DNA from: Candidatus Poribacteria bacterium
GTDB taxonomy: Bacteria > Poribacteria > WGA-4E > WGA-3G
Assembly (NCBI GenBank): GCA_965208635.1
Contig: OZ242349.1
Span: 4,925,696 to 4,989,695 of the forward strand
Direction: 5' to 3'
Length of the DNA stretch: 64,000 bases
Notes under the pieces: model-generated
Seen by the model: the letters and a program-made list of their open reading frames with translations, nothing else
Told to the model about the DNA's origin: nothing
The model's database searches: none
Position numbers and translations under genes: made by a program
In this document: positions 27,160 to 38,208 of the stretch, one piece after another
Numbering within the stretch: the first letter of the stretch is position 1
Layout of the letters: the number at the start of each line of letters is the position of its first letter

Positions 27160-27960
27160 ATGACTGATGAAGAAAAATTTCGATTTGACTTAACTGGATT
27201 CCTCATTCGTCCTGCGATTCTTGAACGCGATGAAGTAGATGCAATCATTGATCAGATCGACCGGATGCATCACAACAAAGAATCCTTACCACCAGAACAT
27301 CGTGCCGTACCGGGCGGTCCCGCGAGCGTCCTGATTGATCACCCCAAAGTCCTGGAGGTCCTACATGAAATTATCGGACCCGAGATTCGGTTAGAGCACT
27401 CTTACTCTGTCTGGCGCGAAAAAGGACAGAGGCATGGCGAACTCCACGGTGGTGGACCACAACAGGCAGATCCAATCTTCGGGTATCGCGTCAATAACGG
27501 GCAGATCCACGCTGGAATGGTGCGTGTCGTCTTTGAACTCACAGACATTTCTAAAAAGGATGGTGGGACGCATTTTATAGTTGGTAGTCACAAATCCAAC
27601 TTCCCAATGCATCCCGACCACATGTCGTTAGAGGAAGGGAAGCGGAGCCCGTTTCTGATGACCTACGAATGCCCGGCTGGCAGTGCAATCTTCTTCACAG
27701 AAAACTTATGTCACGCCGGTCCCGTGTGGCAACGGGAGACACCGCGTGTGGCAGTACTAAACGCCTACGCGCACCTCGCAACACATTGGCACCGGCTACC
27801 GATTCCGCCTGAAGTTCTGTCCGCTTTACCACGTGAAAAGCAAGCGTACTTCCGTGAACCGTGGGTTGCGGATTTCCGCACACGCCCGGCAACGAGAAAC
27901 ACGATTGAGCGGTTCCTTAGCAACGACGAACCGCCTGTTAATACCGATCGCAAGCCGTGA
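27160..27960 (+). CDS. Phytanoyl-CoA dioxygenase (PhyH) family Fe(II)/2-oxoglutarate oxygenase
   Basis: Length and His...Asp...His spacing (HGGG...D; HAGP) in the PhyH-like pattern; GGAGA RBS. Confidence 0.55.
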   Translation: MTDEEKFRFDLTGFLIRPAILERDEVDAIIDQIDRMHHNKESLPPEHRAVPGGPASVLIDHPKVLEVLHEIIGPEIRLEHSYSVWREKGQRHGELHGGGPQQADPIFGYRVNNGQIHAGMVRVVFELTDISKKDGGTHFIVGSHKSNFPMHPDHMSLEEGKRSPFLMTYECPAGSAIFFTENLCHAGPVWQRETPRVAVLNAYAHLATHWHRLPIPPEVLSALPREKQAYFREPWVADFRTRPATRNTIERFLSNDEPPVNTDRKP

Positions 27961-28120
27961 TTTATAGTAAAGTCGAAAAATAAGTTGACGGATGTAGCAT
28001 AAACTGTTAGTTTGTGCATCTTTAGCACGCAGATGAACGGTCTACGCTACAATAAAAGTGTTCACGTAATTGTGGACTTTACTATAAAATGAACAGGGAC
28101 CAGATTTTATAGGTAAAAAT

Positions 28121-29494
28121 ATGAGAAAACGCGTCCTCATTATCGGCTGGGATTGCGCCGCACCCGAACTTGTCTTTGACGCTTTTAAAGCCGATATGCC
28201 CAATACACGTCGTTTGATGGAAGAAGGCATCTACGGCGAGCTGGAAAGCACGATCCCACCGATCACCGTGCCAGCGTGGATGTGCATGATGACCAGCCGT
28301 GATCCGGGTGAACTCGGCATCTACGGCTTCCGAAACCGCAAGGATTATTCCTACGACACCCTCACTATCGCCAACTCTCGCGTCATCAAGGTGCCGACGC
28401 TCTGGGATCTGCTGGGGCAGGCGCAAAAGAAATCGGTCATTTTGGGAGTGCCACTCACCTATCCAGCGAAACCGTTTCCGGGATGGATGGTTACCAGTTT
28501 CCTCACACCTAATCTCAATTCACAATGGACCTTCCCGCGGCGACTTACACGGGAAATCACACAAGTCGCAAGCGACTACATGATTGATATACCCAATTTT
28601 CGCACCGATCGGCGCGCAGAACTGGAGCAACAACTCCTTAAAATGACCGCAGAACGTTTCAAACTCGCACGCTATCTGCTTGAAACAAAGGACTGGGACC
28701 TCTTTACAATGGTTGAAATGGGGTCGGATCGACTCCATCACGCTTTCTGGCGATTTTGGGATAAAACACACCCGAAGTACGAACCGAATTCGCCGTTCTC
28801 AGATACGATGCGGAACTACTATCGCGCCCTCGATGCAGAACTCGGAGAGACATTAGCGTGTGTAGACGACAATACTACAATCATGGTCGTCTCCGACCAC
28901 GGTGCCAAACGGATGGACGGGGGTATCTGTGTTAATGAATGGCTCCGAAAGCATGGCTATCTGACGCTAAAAACCGAGCCGAGTGAAATCACGCGATGGA
29001 CACCAGATATGGTAGATTGGGACCAAACAAAGGCATGGGGAGAAGGCGGGTACTACGCGCGAATTTTTATTAACGTTGAAGGTAGAGAACCTAACGGAAT
29101 TGTCAGGGCAGAAGATTATGAGAGCGTCCGAGACGAATTGAAGGAGCAACTCGAAGCGATTGTAGATGAGGAAGGACACAACATCGGCACACGTGTCTTC
29201 AAGCCCGAAGAGGTTTATAGAGAATGTCGAAACATCGCGCCTGATCTCATCGTCTACTTCGGTAATCTCTTTTGGCGTTCAGTCGGGAGTGTCGGATACA
29301 ACAGTATCTATACCTACGAAAACGATACCGGTCCTGATGACTGCAACCACGCCGAGATGGGAATTTACATCATAAAACGGCATGGACAAACAAGTGGACA
29401 CACTTCCCCAAAAAGTCTGTACGATATTGCCCCGACAGTTCTGAACGAGTTCGGCATCGACATCCCAGCAGCAATGCAAGGGTATCCGATGTAG
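28121..29494 (+). CDS. Alkaline-phosphatase-superfamily enzyme (type I phosphodiesterase / nucleotide pyrophosphatase-like)
   Basis: N-terminal VLIIGWDCAAPELV and VVSDHGAKRMDGG resemble the metal-binding core of PF01663-type enzymes. Confidence 0.55.
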   Translation: MRKRVLIIGWDCAAPELVFDAFKADMPNTRRLMEEGIYGELESTIPPITVPAWMCMMTSRDPGELGIYGFRNRKDYSYDTLTIANSRVIKVPTLWDLLGQAQKKSVILGVPLTYPAKPFPGWMVTSFLTPNLNSQWTFPRRLTREITQVASDYMIDIPNFRTDRRAELEQQLLKMTAERFKLARYLLETKDWDLFTMVEMGSDRLHHAFWRFWDKTHPKYEPNSPFSDTMRNYYRALDAELGETLACVDDNTTIMVVSDHGAKRMDGGICVNEWLRKHGYLTLKTEPSEITRWTPDMVDWDQTKAWGEGGYYARIFINVEGREPNGIVRAEDYESVRDELKEQLEAIVDEEGHNIGTRVFKPEEVYRECRNIAPDLIVYFGNLFWRSVGSVGYNSIYTYENDTGPDDCNHAEMGIYIIKRHGQTSGHTSPKSLYDIAPTVLNEFGIDIPAAMQGYPM

Positions 29495-29502
29495 GGGCGA
29501 GG

Positions 29503-30417
29503 TTATCTCGTCCTCACAGCGTTGACAATCGCCTCCGCGACCACTTCCGCCGCGAGAATACCAATAGTATTTACCCGACCCCCAATGTGCGATCCTGTGG
29601 CGAGCGCAAAAAGCGTATCTCCATCAAACATCGTATGCGCCGGACGAATGGCGCGTGCCATTCCGTCGTGTGCCATCTCTGCGACGCGGTGAACCTCTGC
29701 TGGGGAAAGCGTTGCATTTGTAGCCATAACACCGATAGTCGTGTTGGTTCCCTGAACTAAATCTGCGTCCAAGAGCCGTTCCGTGATGTCTACGAAATCG
29801 CCATTTTCTTTTCCACCTGCGAGTATCTCACCCGTCCTTGGACGCACAACATTCCCAATGGCATTCACAACCACAATTGCCGCAACAATTAAACCTGAAT
29901 CGAGACGCACACATGCGGAACCGACACCACCCGGAGAAGACGTAACACCCGGCGCTTTACCTACTGTTGCCCCTGTGCCGGCTCCGACAGCACCCATCAC
30001 TACGGGTTCATCTGTAGCGTTGAGACACGCCTGATACCCCATCTCTTTATCAGGACGGACATTCGCGTCGCCAACCCCGAGATCAAAGATAACAGCCGCG
30101 GGAACAATAGGCACACGAACAGAACCCGCAGGAAAACCGACGTTCTGCTCCTCAAGATACTGGACGACACCACTTGCCGCGTCTAACCCGAAGGCACTTC
30201 CACCTGTCAAAAGGACTGCGTGTGCTTTTTGGACCAAACGTCCCGGACGGAGTGCTTCCGTCTCCCGCGTGCCCGGGGCAGCACCACGCACATCAACACC
30301 AGCAGTCACTCCTGCCGGACAGAGGACAACGGTACACCCTGTTCGAGCGGTTAAATCGGTGGCATGCCCTACCGTAATTCCGTCTATTGCTGTGAGTGTT
30401 CGATTTGTTGATTCCAT
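29503..30417 (-). CDS. DmpA/ArgJ-like S58 (P1) family aminopeptidase
   Basis: TAIDGITVGHATDLTARTGCTVVL N-terminal block and a GxG-rich self-processing region typical of the DmpA family. Confidence 0.6.
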   Translation of the reverse strand: MESTNRTLTAIDGITVGHATDLTARTGCTVVLCPAGVTAGVDVRGAAPGTRETEALRPGRLVQKAHAVLLTGGSAFGLDAASGVVQYLEEQNVGFPAGSVRVPIVPAAVIFDLGVGDANVRPDKEMGYQACLNATDEPVVMGAVGAGTGATVGKAPGVTSSPGGVGSACVRLDSGLIVAAIVVVNAIGNVVRPRTGEILAGGKENGDFVDITERLLDADLVQGTNTTIGVMATNATLSPAEVHRVAEMAHDGMARAIRPAHTMFDGDTLFALATGSHIGGRVNTIGILAAEVVAEAIVNAVRTR

Positions 30418-30599
30418 AGTTTACACATTGTTTCGGGATTTCAAAGATTACTATAGCGAATCCCGATGAAATCTGCAAGAATAATGCTACAAACACCGCG
30501 ATACGAACCAAGTCAAACTGGTTGACTAAAAAAGGGAACACTGCTAAAATCAAATCAACCGTATCAGGGAAGTCGGGGTTACTTAGGGGAAATCCGCAG

Positions 30600-30690
30600 A
30601 AGCACCCAAGCAAGGGGAAATTGAAGAAATTGGGGAAACACCCAGCAAAAACACCCAGCAAAAACACCCCAAACAAAAACACCCTCCCAC
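30600..30690. repeat. Second copy, in inverted orientation, of the tandem-repeat element seen at 1430-1510 (GAAATTGAAGAAATTGGGGAAA plus 3 copies of CACCCAGCAAAAA)
   Basis: Read directly; ORF 30522..30713 across it is not conserved in frame with the other copy. Confidence 0.55.
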
Positions 30691-30715
30691 AGCACATAGC
30701 AAGGGGGACATGAAC

Positions 30716-31906
30716 ATGGCAAAGTTAGCACTTAATGGCGGTGATCCTGTCGTCAAAGGTAGTTTAGGGAAAAACTGGCCCATTTACGATGAAACCGAAG
30801 AAAACGCACTTTTAGAGACCTTGCGGAGTGGTGCCTGGAACCGACGCGAGAAAGTCGATGAAGTCGGTGAAAAGTTCGCGGCGTTTCAGGATGCGAAATA
30901 CGGTATTCCACTCGCAAACGGCACTGTAGCACTACAATGTGCCCTAAAGGCGGCTGGCATCACAGCGGGTGATGAAGTCATCGTTCCTGCTCTGACATTC
31001 GTGGCGACAGGAACGTCAGCTGTGTGTGTCAATGCAGTCCCGGTCATCGTTGACATCGACCCACTCACTTACAATATCGCCCCCGATGCGATTGAAAAAG
31101 CCATCACGCCTCGAACGCGAGCGGTTATTCCGGTGCATAACGGGGGCTATCCTGCTGACATGGACGCAATCATGGAGATCGCTGAAACACACAATCTCAA
31201 AATGATTGAGGACTGCGCGCATGCACACGGTTCACAATGGCGAGGGAAAGGACTTGGCTCAATCGGACACCTCGGCGCATTCAGTTTCCAGATGGGAAAG
31301 ACACTCACCTGTGGCGAAGGCGGAATGGTGCTAACAAACGATGAAACCCTTGCAGAAAAGGCAAGTCAATTCGCACAACTGAATATGCGGATGACCAACT
31401 TCCAAGCGACGCTCTTACTGAATCAACTGGAACGGTTTGAAGAGCAGGTAGAGACGCGCGAACGCAATATCGCATACCTATCCAAAGGCATGGAAGCAAT
31501 AGATGGACTCCACCCTATCCCGCGCGATGCGCGTGTCACACGATGGTGTTTCTACTATTGGGATTTTCGATTTGCATCTGAGGAGTTTGGTGGTGTTTCA
31601 CGCGATCGGTTCTTAGAGGCTCTTCGCGCAGAAGGCGTTCCGTGCGGTGTCGGTGCGCATGGTGAACCTATCTACAATGAAGGTCCCTTTGGCAACCCTG
31701 AACTGTTTGATCGTCTCGGATTACCTCGTAAATACCTTGGGGAGCAAGCAATTGACTACAGCACACTCAATTGCCCAAACGCAGAACGGGTCTACAGAGA
31801 AGAGGTTTGCAGTTTCAGCCATTCCATGTTTTTAGGGGACACAGATGATATGCAACAGATTTTAGACGCGTTCCAGAAGATTCGTGCACACGTCAACGCA
31901 TTGTAG
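30716..31906 (+). CDS. DegT/DnrJ/EryC1/StrS family PLP-dependent aminotransferase
   Basis: Characteristic N-terminal ...NGGDPV...W...E..A...F block and an internal SFQMGKTLTCGEGG (PLP-lysine region). I prefer the ATG at 30716, 8 nt after GGGGGA, over the one at 30710. Confidence 0.7.
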   Translation: MAKLALNGGDPVVKGSLGKNWPIYDETEENALLETLRSGAWNRREKVDEVGEKFAAFQDAKYGIPLANGTVALQCALKAAGITAGDEVIVPALTFVATGTSAVCVNAVPVIVDIDPLTYNIAPDAIEKAITPRTRAVIPVHNGGYPADMDAIMEIAETHNLKMIEDCAHAHGSQWRGKGLGSIGHLGAFSFQMGKTLTCGEGGMVLTNDETLAEKASQFAQLNMRMTNFQATLLLNQLERFEEQVETRERNIAYLSKGMEAIDGLHPIPRDARVTRWCFYYWDFRFASEEFGGVSRDRFLEALRAEGVPCGVGAHGEPIYNEGPFGNPELFDRLGLPRKYLGEQAIDYSTLNCPNAERVYREEVCSFSHSMFLGDTDDMQQILDAFQKIRAHVNAL

Positions 31907-31935
31907 AGGCAGAAGACAACATCAATAAATAAGAA

Positions 31936-33336
31936 TTACCCACTCTCTGTCCCGGTTTGAAATGCATAGAGTTTTGCGTTATGCACCTGGAATCTTAACC
32001 GAATTTCCTTGCCTCGCAAATTCGTTAAATTCTGACTCAGTTCCCATTTCACACGGCAATCTGTAACAGTCGAGCGAACTAATTGACTACTGGCAAGTTG
32101 GTTCCCTGCTTTATCCAGAATCGCTACGCGCACAGAACCACCATCCGATACATCTGCTGTTATACCCACCGATGTGCCATCAAAGGTTAAGGGTTGGGTC
32201 GTTATGACGGCAGGCATGTCAGTTGTGATCGGTTCGTAGCCTGCCCAACCGTCGGGACGAAGCATTGCGAGTGCGAGGTAACCCTTACGCCAGTTGAAAA
32301 AGTAGCCGTCTCCGGCACCGTAGTAGATACGTACCTCATCATCAAAGAAAATCGGAGCAGAGGGGAAGATCGTTCCCCAGTCGTAAGGCGTCGCTTCGTA
32401 ACGTTCTGTGTCCGATGCAGTATGCCCGATAAATGGGATCCCTTCTTGTATGCGGTGCCACTGGACGGTGTCCGGACTCCAAGCCAATTCAACATGCTGT
32501 TTGACATCAATATTGGAGTCTTCTGGATAAACCATCATTCCGAGCATCCCGATGTAAATCCCACACGTTGGAAACACTATCATATCATGCGCCTGTAGAC
32601 GCGGATTGGGACCTTCAAGGATAGATTTATCTTGTGTCCAATGTAGAAAATCAGGAGACTCCGTCCGTGTTACGAGACGAATACTACGAGCATGTTGACG
32701 GGTAATACCGACATATTTACCCAATGTCTCTGCCCAAAAAGCGTTGGGATGCGTGCCATGCGCTTCAACCTGTGGAATTGGAAGCGGTTCGCCCCAGTGC
32801 AACCCGTCTGCAGAGAAAGCGACCGTCATTTGTGGCTCTCCACAGAAGAACATTTTATAACGTCTTGTCGGATCGGTTTCACGTTCATCCTTGAAAACAC
32901 CCGCCCCGTTTACGCGGCGCATCAGAATGTTATTCTGTTTGCTTCCATCGAACGCAACGAGTCCAAGCTCAGGTTTCTCCCAGTGAATACCGTCTACCGA
33001 ACAAGCATAGCAGAGCCCCATCTCCCGCGTGTTCGGCTTTACATCCATGTAGTTGCACCAGTCAGGATGCCGTTTTTCGGGCGGCGTGTGCGTTACCCGT
33101 TCATCTATGATAAACGGATTGTACCAACATTTATAGAGTGTGTCCTCCACATCATAGATGACGTTGGCATAAACGTTATCGAAACGGGGTTCCCACGGTT
33201 TGTCTTCACCAAAGAAGGGATTCTGTGGATGCTTGGTAATCTCGCCAAGAGTCAGCTCCGCTGCGATCACCTCGTCAATGATACGATCATCCAAAACAAG
33301 GTATTGGGACGGAGGAATAGGATGAGGTTCAGACAT
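31936..33336 (-). CDS. Putative glycoside hydrolase, beta-propeller type (GH43/GH32/GH117-like; family uncertain)
   Basis: Weak pattern only (aromatic/acidic blade motifs, WYNPF, WCNYMD). The ORF-track start is a TTG; I prefer the ATG at 33334-33336. Confidence 0.3.
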   Translation of the reverse strand: MSEPHPIPPSQYLVLDDRIIDEVIAAELTLGEITKHPQNPFFGEDKPWEPRFDNVYANVIYDVEDTLYKCWYNPFIIDERVTHTPPEKRHPDWCNYMDVKPNTREMGLCYACSVDGIHWEKPELGLVAFDGSKQNNILMRRVNGAGVFKDERETDPTRRYKMFFCGEPQMTVAFSADGLHWGEPLPIPQVEAHGTHPNAFWAETLGKYVGITRQHARSIRLVTRTESPDFLHWTQDKSILEGPNPRLQAHDMIVFPTCGIYIGMLGMMVYPEDSNIDVKQHVELAWSPDTVQWHRIQEGIPFIGHTASDTERYEATPYDWGTIFPSAPIFFDDEVRIYYGAGDGYFFNWRKGYLALAMLRPDGWAGYEPITTDMPAVITTQPLTFDGTSVGITADVSDGGSVRVAILDKAGNQLASSQLVRSTVTDCRVKWELSQNLTNLRGKEIRLRFQVHNAKLYAFQTGTESG

Positions 33337-33485
33337 TTCTGTTTCCGTAAGCGTCAATACTATCGTGAATTAGGGAAATAAGTTTACATCTTGTAGAGGC
33401 AGGTCTTGTGCCTGCCCGCAAACATACTTCCACAAAAGCTTCGTAGAAAGAAACGAGTCGCGACCCAGTGGTATGTGCGCTGCTA

Positions 33486-34316
33486 TTATTCATAGCCGCG
33501 TTTTACGCGTGCCCACGTCATTGGAAGTTTGTCCGCCGGATCAACAGCAAATGCGCCAGAGATATTTTGGTTAATCTCCGCTTCTGTCAGTGCTTTATCA
33601 TAAGCGCGGACGATTGCGAACGATCCGTTGAAAGTCCGACGACGTTCATCGAAGGAATTGGCACCGATTGAAATGTCGTTTATCGGTAATTTCTTATCGA
33701 ATTCAAAACCGGCTTGTTTGCTGACTTCTTTACCGTCTTGATACGCCACAATCGACTTGCCACTCGTGCCGACGACCGCTATCCAGGTCCAGACCCCTTC
33801 TTCAAGTTTCAGGTTAAGCGGTTGAACACCTTGTTTACTCCCCTTGGCATGGATGGAAACATCCAAATTCTGACCGCCGACTATCCAAAGTCGAATTCCC
33901 TGCTGACCTTCCCGTGGACTGTTCTGGAAACCGGCGAAATGGTGCTCTTCAACAAAAAAATCACCATTGCGTCTACAGAGGAACTCCAAGGTCCAATCTT
34001 GGAAAAACAGTGGTGTGTTTTTTGCGGGTGGACCGCCAAAGGTTGAAAGAGACTCCGTGGTTGTGTAATACTTTGAATTCGGTTCACTGATACCGAGTGC
34101 AGGAATTTTAATTTCACCCTCTTCGAGGTCCATTGGTTTTTCTGTGGCAAGCAATTCACCGCCTTCAGTGCCGAGATTTTCCCATGCATCCGGGTGGGCA
34201 GGGTTGTCAGCGGCATTGAGGTAGAGCACAGGATCCTCAACAACGTTAGCAAATGCGAGCGTGCTCGCCATTACCAGAAAAAATATCGTAGTGTAACTTG
34301 AAATAAAGATTTTCAC
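33486..34316 (-). CDS. Secreted LamG-like (Laminin_G_3) protein; paralog 3
   Basis: GTG start 6 nt after GGAGGA; signal peptide; C-terminus ...DKLPMTWARVKRGYE. Confidence 0.6.
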   Translation of the reverse strand: MKIFISSYTTIFFLVMASTLAFANVVEDPVLYLNAADNPAHPDAWENLGTEGGELLATEKPMDLEEGEIKIPALGISEPNSKYYTTTESLSTFGGPPAKNTPLFFQDWTLEFLCRRNGDFFVEEHHFAGFQNSPREGQQGIRLWIVGGQNLDVSIHAKGSKQGVQPLNLKLEEGVWTWIAVVGTSGKSIVAYQDGKEVSKQAGFEFDKKLPINDISIGANSFDERRRTFNGSFAIVRAYDKALTEAEINQNISGAFAVDPADKLPMTWARVKRGYE

Positions 34317-34488
34317 GTAAATTCCTCCTAAAGTAGGGATTGGGTACCAACAGAATTGGGTAGGATTCGTAAGCTTACTAACTATATTCTATTATATCAA
34401 ACGAGCATCTGATTATCAAGTAAATTATGAGGCGTATCGTCTGTAATCACATCCATTGCGGAAGGAGTTCACCGTTCATAGACAAAAA

Positions 34489-36813
34489 TTACGGCACTTC
34501 TAACGGAATATCCAATGTCTGTGGTAACAGACATTCAGTCTCGCTACAGAGTTGGTAGGTGAGCTGTAGCGTAATTGAGACATCTCTGTCGGGCTTCATA
34601 TTCGGTTTCTGTTTTAACTGCAACGGAATTGTGAGACCCTCTTCATAAACGTTCAAGGGTTCGTTGCTAAATTCAAAGCGTGTCGATCTACCTTTGGGAT
34701 ACGCTACATCAAGAATTTCAAACGGCGTATCAGTATTCACCGTAATAGTTGTCGGAATTAAATTATCTTGACCTGCGGGGTTCGCGTTCATGTGCCATCC
34801 CTCAGCAATGTTGAGTTGAAGCATCACATCGTATACTCCTTTGTTTTCTGCATTAACCTTAGCGGTCGCGCTTACGATCAATGGTTCAACCTCATTAGAC
34901 TTTTCTCCTGAGGTTAGAAAACGGTTAAGGGCAAAATGCATATACATGAACGAGGAGGGGCTTTGTGACATGGATTGTGCGAAAATTTGCAAGGTTTCTT
35001 CAGCATAACTTCGATAATCTGTTCCAAATGCCAATAGATTTGCGATGGCAACAGCATTACCAGACGGGATAGCGGAGTCATAAGGTTTCTTGGTTCGCAC
35101 AATAAGATGCTCTGCATCCGCCTTCGTGTAATAGAAGCCACCGTTTTTGTCATCCCAAAAAAGCTGAATCATCGCATCAGTCAGCCTTTTCGCTGAATCC
35201 AGCCACTGCTGTTCCCCCGTAGCCTGATACAATCCAAGCAACCCCCGCACAAAAAAAGCGTAGTCGTCAAGGTAGACATCCTGCTTTATAACACCTGCAG
35301 TATAGGTATGACATAATTCGCCATCCGGCTTTTTTAGGGTGTCAAGAATAAACTGAGCAGCCTTCGATGCCGCGAGAAGATACTGCTCTTTCCCAAGCAC
35401 CTGATAGCCATAAGCGAGCGCATCTATCATCAAACCGTTCCAATTGACAATAATTTTTGTGTCCAGCAAGGGGTACTCGCGATCAAAGCGTGCCGTCAAG
35501 AGTTTCTCTCGTGCAGATTCCACTTCCTTGAGAGCATCCTCCGCCGCTGCGCCATTCGGAACATAGAGAACATTTTTACCCTCAAAATTAGGATCCTTAT
35601 CGACACCGTAAACACCAGCGAAACGTGCCGAACGCTTCTTACCGAGAATTTTCTGAATCTCATCAGCCGTCCAGACGTAATACTTCCCTTCTTCAGCATC
35701 CGTCTCCGCGTCCAAGGCAGCGTAAAACCCACCTTCAGGTGCCGTCATCTCTCGGAAAACGAAACTGAAGATCTCTTCAGCAATACGCCGATAGCGAGGT
35801 TCTTGTGTTAACTGATGTGCTTGGAGATAAACTTTCGCCAATTGCGCGTTGTCGTAAAGCATCTTCTCAAAATGCGGAACGAGCCACATTTCGTCAACAG
35901 AATACCGGTGAAATCCGCCACCTATCTGGTCATACATCCCACCGTAAGCCATCATATCCAGCGTATATGTCACCATCTTCAACAGTGATTCATTTTCTGT
36001 GGGAGGGGTGTTTTTGCTTGGGTGTTCCCCCGATCTTCGCTCGTATTCACTCAGCAAGAATTCAAGATTGGCTGGACTTGGGAATTTCGGGGCACCACCA
36101 AATCCACCATAAGCTTCACTATAAGTCGTTCGGAGATAGTCCAATGCCGCAGTCGTAAGAGATCTATCCAGTGGCGTGGCAGTAAGTGCTCTGAATCCTC
36201 TACTTGTTGCCAACTCAATAGTGTCCGAAACCTGGTTCGCCGATTCAATGACTTCCACCTCTCGCGTTACCCATGCTTCATGCACCGCATCAAGAATCGT
36301 TGGGAACCCCGGTCTGCCGGGTACATCCGTAGGCGGAAAATAAGTGCCAGCATAAAAGGGTTTTAAATCAGGGGTGAGAAAAACAGAGTTGGGCCACCCA
36401 CCGCGCTGTGTCAACAACTGCGTCGCTGTCATATAGATTTCGTCGAGATCTGGACGTTCTTCTCTATCAATCTTGATATTGATGAAGTCTTTATTCATCA
36501 TAGCAGCGATTTCTGGGTTTGAGAAGACTTCCCGCTCCATGACGTGACACCAGTAGCACGTGGAGTATCCGACAGAAAGGAAAATGAGCTTGTTTTCTTT
36601 TTTCGCACGCGCTAATGCTTCATTGTCCCATGGGTACCAATCTACGGGATTATGCGCGTGGAGCAACAGGTAAGGACTCGTTTCATGGATAAGCCGATTC
36701 GTCCATTTCCATGAGCCATCAGGGTTCTTGAGTGCGGCTTCATCGGCACCTACTCTCAATACAAAATTAAGAAGCAACAAACAAGCGAGAAATTTCTGTA
36801 TTGTATTTTTCAT
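34489..36813 (-). CDS. Thioredoxin-domain (DUF255) / six-hairpin-glycosidase-like YyaL/SSP411 family protein with a signal peptide and a C-terminal extension of about 100 aa
   Basis: [46 protein letters not shown] is the DUF255 thioredoxin-like block with CxxC. Confidence 0.7.
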   Translation of the reverse strand: MKNTIQKFLACLLLLNFVLRVGADEAALKNPDGSWKWTNRLIHETSPYLLLHAHNPVDWYPWDNEALARAKKENKLIFLSVGYSTCYWCHVMEREVFSNPEIAAMMNKDFINIKIDREERPDLDEIYMTATQLLTQRGGWPNSVFLTPDLKPFYAGTYFPPTDVPGRPGFPTILDAVHEAWVTREVEVIESANQVSDTIELATSRGFRALTATPLDRSLTTAALDYLRTTYSEAYGGFGGAPKFPSPANLEFLLSEYERRSGEHPSKNTPPTENESLLKMVTYTLDMMAYGGMYDQIGGGFHRYSVDEMWLVPHFEKMLYDNAQLAKVYLQAHQLTQEPRYRRIAEEIFSFVFREMTAPEGGFYAALDAETDAEEGKYYVWTADEIQKILGKKRSARFAGVYGVDKDPNFEGKNVLYVPNGAAAEDALKEVESAREKLLTARFDREYPLLDTKIIVNWNGLMIDALAYGYQVLGKEQYLLAASKAAQFILDTLKKPDGELCHTYTAGVIKQDVYLDDYAFFVRGLLGLYQATGEQQWLDSAKRLTDAMIQLFWDDKNGGFYYTKADAEHLIVRTKKPYDSAIPSGNAVAIANLLAFGTDYRSYAEETLQIFAQSMSQSPSSFMYMHFALNRFLTSGEKSNEVEPLIVSATAKVNAENKGVYDVMLQLNIAEGWHMNANPAGQDNLIPTTITVNTDTPFEILDVAYPKGRSTRFEFSNEPLNVYEEGLTIPLQLKQKPNMKPDRDVSITLQLTYQLCSETECLLPQTLDIPLEVP

Positions 36814-36905
36814 ACTGGAAACCTTTGTTGAAAAATGAAACGTGTGATGAATCGCACTACTACAAACCTATGAAATTCTTTTAACGTCCAATGCGCACAG
36901 CATGA

Positions 36906-38063
36906 TTATTGCACAAGTGCCTGCTGTGCTACCGTGCGTCCGCGTTCTGTTAGCGTTAACTGTGTCTCTTCTTGAGAGACACAACGGTTGTTCAGGGCAT
37001 ATTTCACAACTTGTGCTGCAAATGCGGGATCCCATCGAAGATGCTCATGGAGATGTGCTATCTCCGACTCTGCCTCAGCTTCCGGAAGGCCCTCGTGATT
37101 AAAGAGATGAATCACTAACATCGTTTGGGCAAACTCCCATTTTTGGCGCGCCCGCCTACGTGCGATAGCAATAAGTCCACGGTTGGGAACAAATAGAAAA
37201 ACCAGACCAAACACAAGGAGCGTCATCGTCGCAATCGCTCCTGCAATAGAAACATCAAAGAGATACGCCAGCCAATAGCCACTTACAGCGTTCACACTCC
37301 CGATAACCGCACTCAATGTGAGCATCAGTGAAAGCTTGTTTGTGATAAGGTACGCCGTAGCAGGTGGTCCAGCGATGAGAGCAACGACTAATATCGAACC
37401 AACAGCGTCAAATGCTCCGACTGTTGTCACGGATACAAGTGTCATCAGTCCATAGTGAATCAGGGTAGGCGCGAACCCTAACGCGGCAGCTAAACTTACG
37501 TCAAAAGTCACTAACTTCAATTCTTTGTAAAACAGTAAAATAAAGGCGAGATTTAACAGAAGGATTGTTCCCATCACATACAGAGAAATGGGACCCAAAT
37601 CGTACCCGAAAATATTTAACCGGTTAAGCGGTGCATAAGCGAGTTCACCGAGGAGAACGGCATCCATATCCAAGTGAACATTGCCTGCAAATCTGGAGAT
37701 TAGGATTACTCCGATGCTGAAAAGTGCGGGAAACGTCAAGCCGATCGCGGCATCCTCTTTCACCAGTTTCGTTCGCTGGAGCAACTCAACGAAAACAACG
37801 GTGAGCACACCCGTCCCTGCGGCGGCAAGAATGAGGAGTGGCGACGATAGACTCTCCGTGAGAAAAAAAGCGAGCACGATGCCGGGGAGTATCGCGTGGC
37901 TGATCGCGTCGCTCATCAACGTCATCCGCCGCAACACTAAGAACACACCGGGCAAAGCACACGCTACCGCTGTGACAATCGCAATGAGTTGGATATCAAG
38001 ATGGTCTTGTATCACCTTTTTTATTCTGGAGTTTCTACCCTGTGCTCCACTTCTCTTACGCAC
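36906..38063 (-). CDS. ABC-3 family metal (Mn/Zn/Fe) transporter permease with a C-terminal cytoplasmic extension of about 90 aa
   Basis: Multi-TM pattern typical of MntB/ZnuB. The extension ...HLFNHEG...HLHEHL...LTLTERGRTVAQQALV is His-rich and weakly resembles a DtxR-like winged helix. The ORF-track start is a GTG; an alternative GTG lies 48 nt downstream. Confidence 0.6.
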   Translation of the reverse strand: MRKRSGAQGRNSRIKKVIQDHLDIQLIAIVTAVACALPGVFLVLRRMTLMSDAISHAILPGIVLAFFLTESLSSPLLILAAAGTGVLTVVFVELLQRTKLVKEDAAIGLTFPALFSIGVILISRFAGNVHLDMDAVLLGELAYAPLNRLNIFGYDLGPISLYVMGTILLLNLAFILLFYKELKLVTFDVSLAAALGFAPTLIHYGLMTLVSVTTVGAFDAVGSILVVALIAGPPATAYLITNKLSLMLTLSAVIGSVNAVSGYWLAYLFDVSIAGAIATMTLLVFGLVFLFVPNRGLIAIARRRARQKWEFAQTMLVIHLFNHEGLPEAEAESEIAHLHEHLRWDPAFAAQVVKYALNNRCVSQEETQLTLTERGRTVAQQALVQ

Positions 38064-38208
38064 AGGTTTTTGCTTATTCTATAGGTTCTTCTTAAAATCG
38101 GGTCCGTAGTTCGTATTGAAATGGAGAGCGGATACTCAGGAAGGGCACGTTAAAGTTGGAACCTATATAGTTCTCCTGCAAGGTATAATTAAAAAAACCG
38201 TCACGTTT

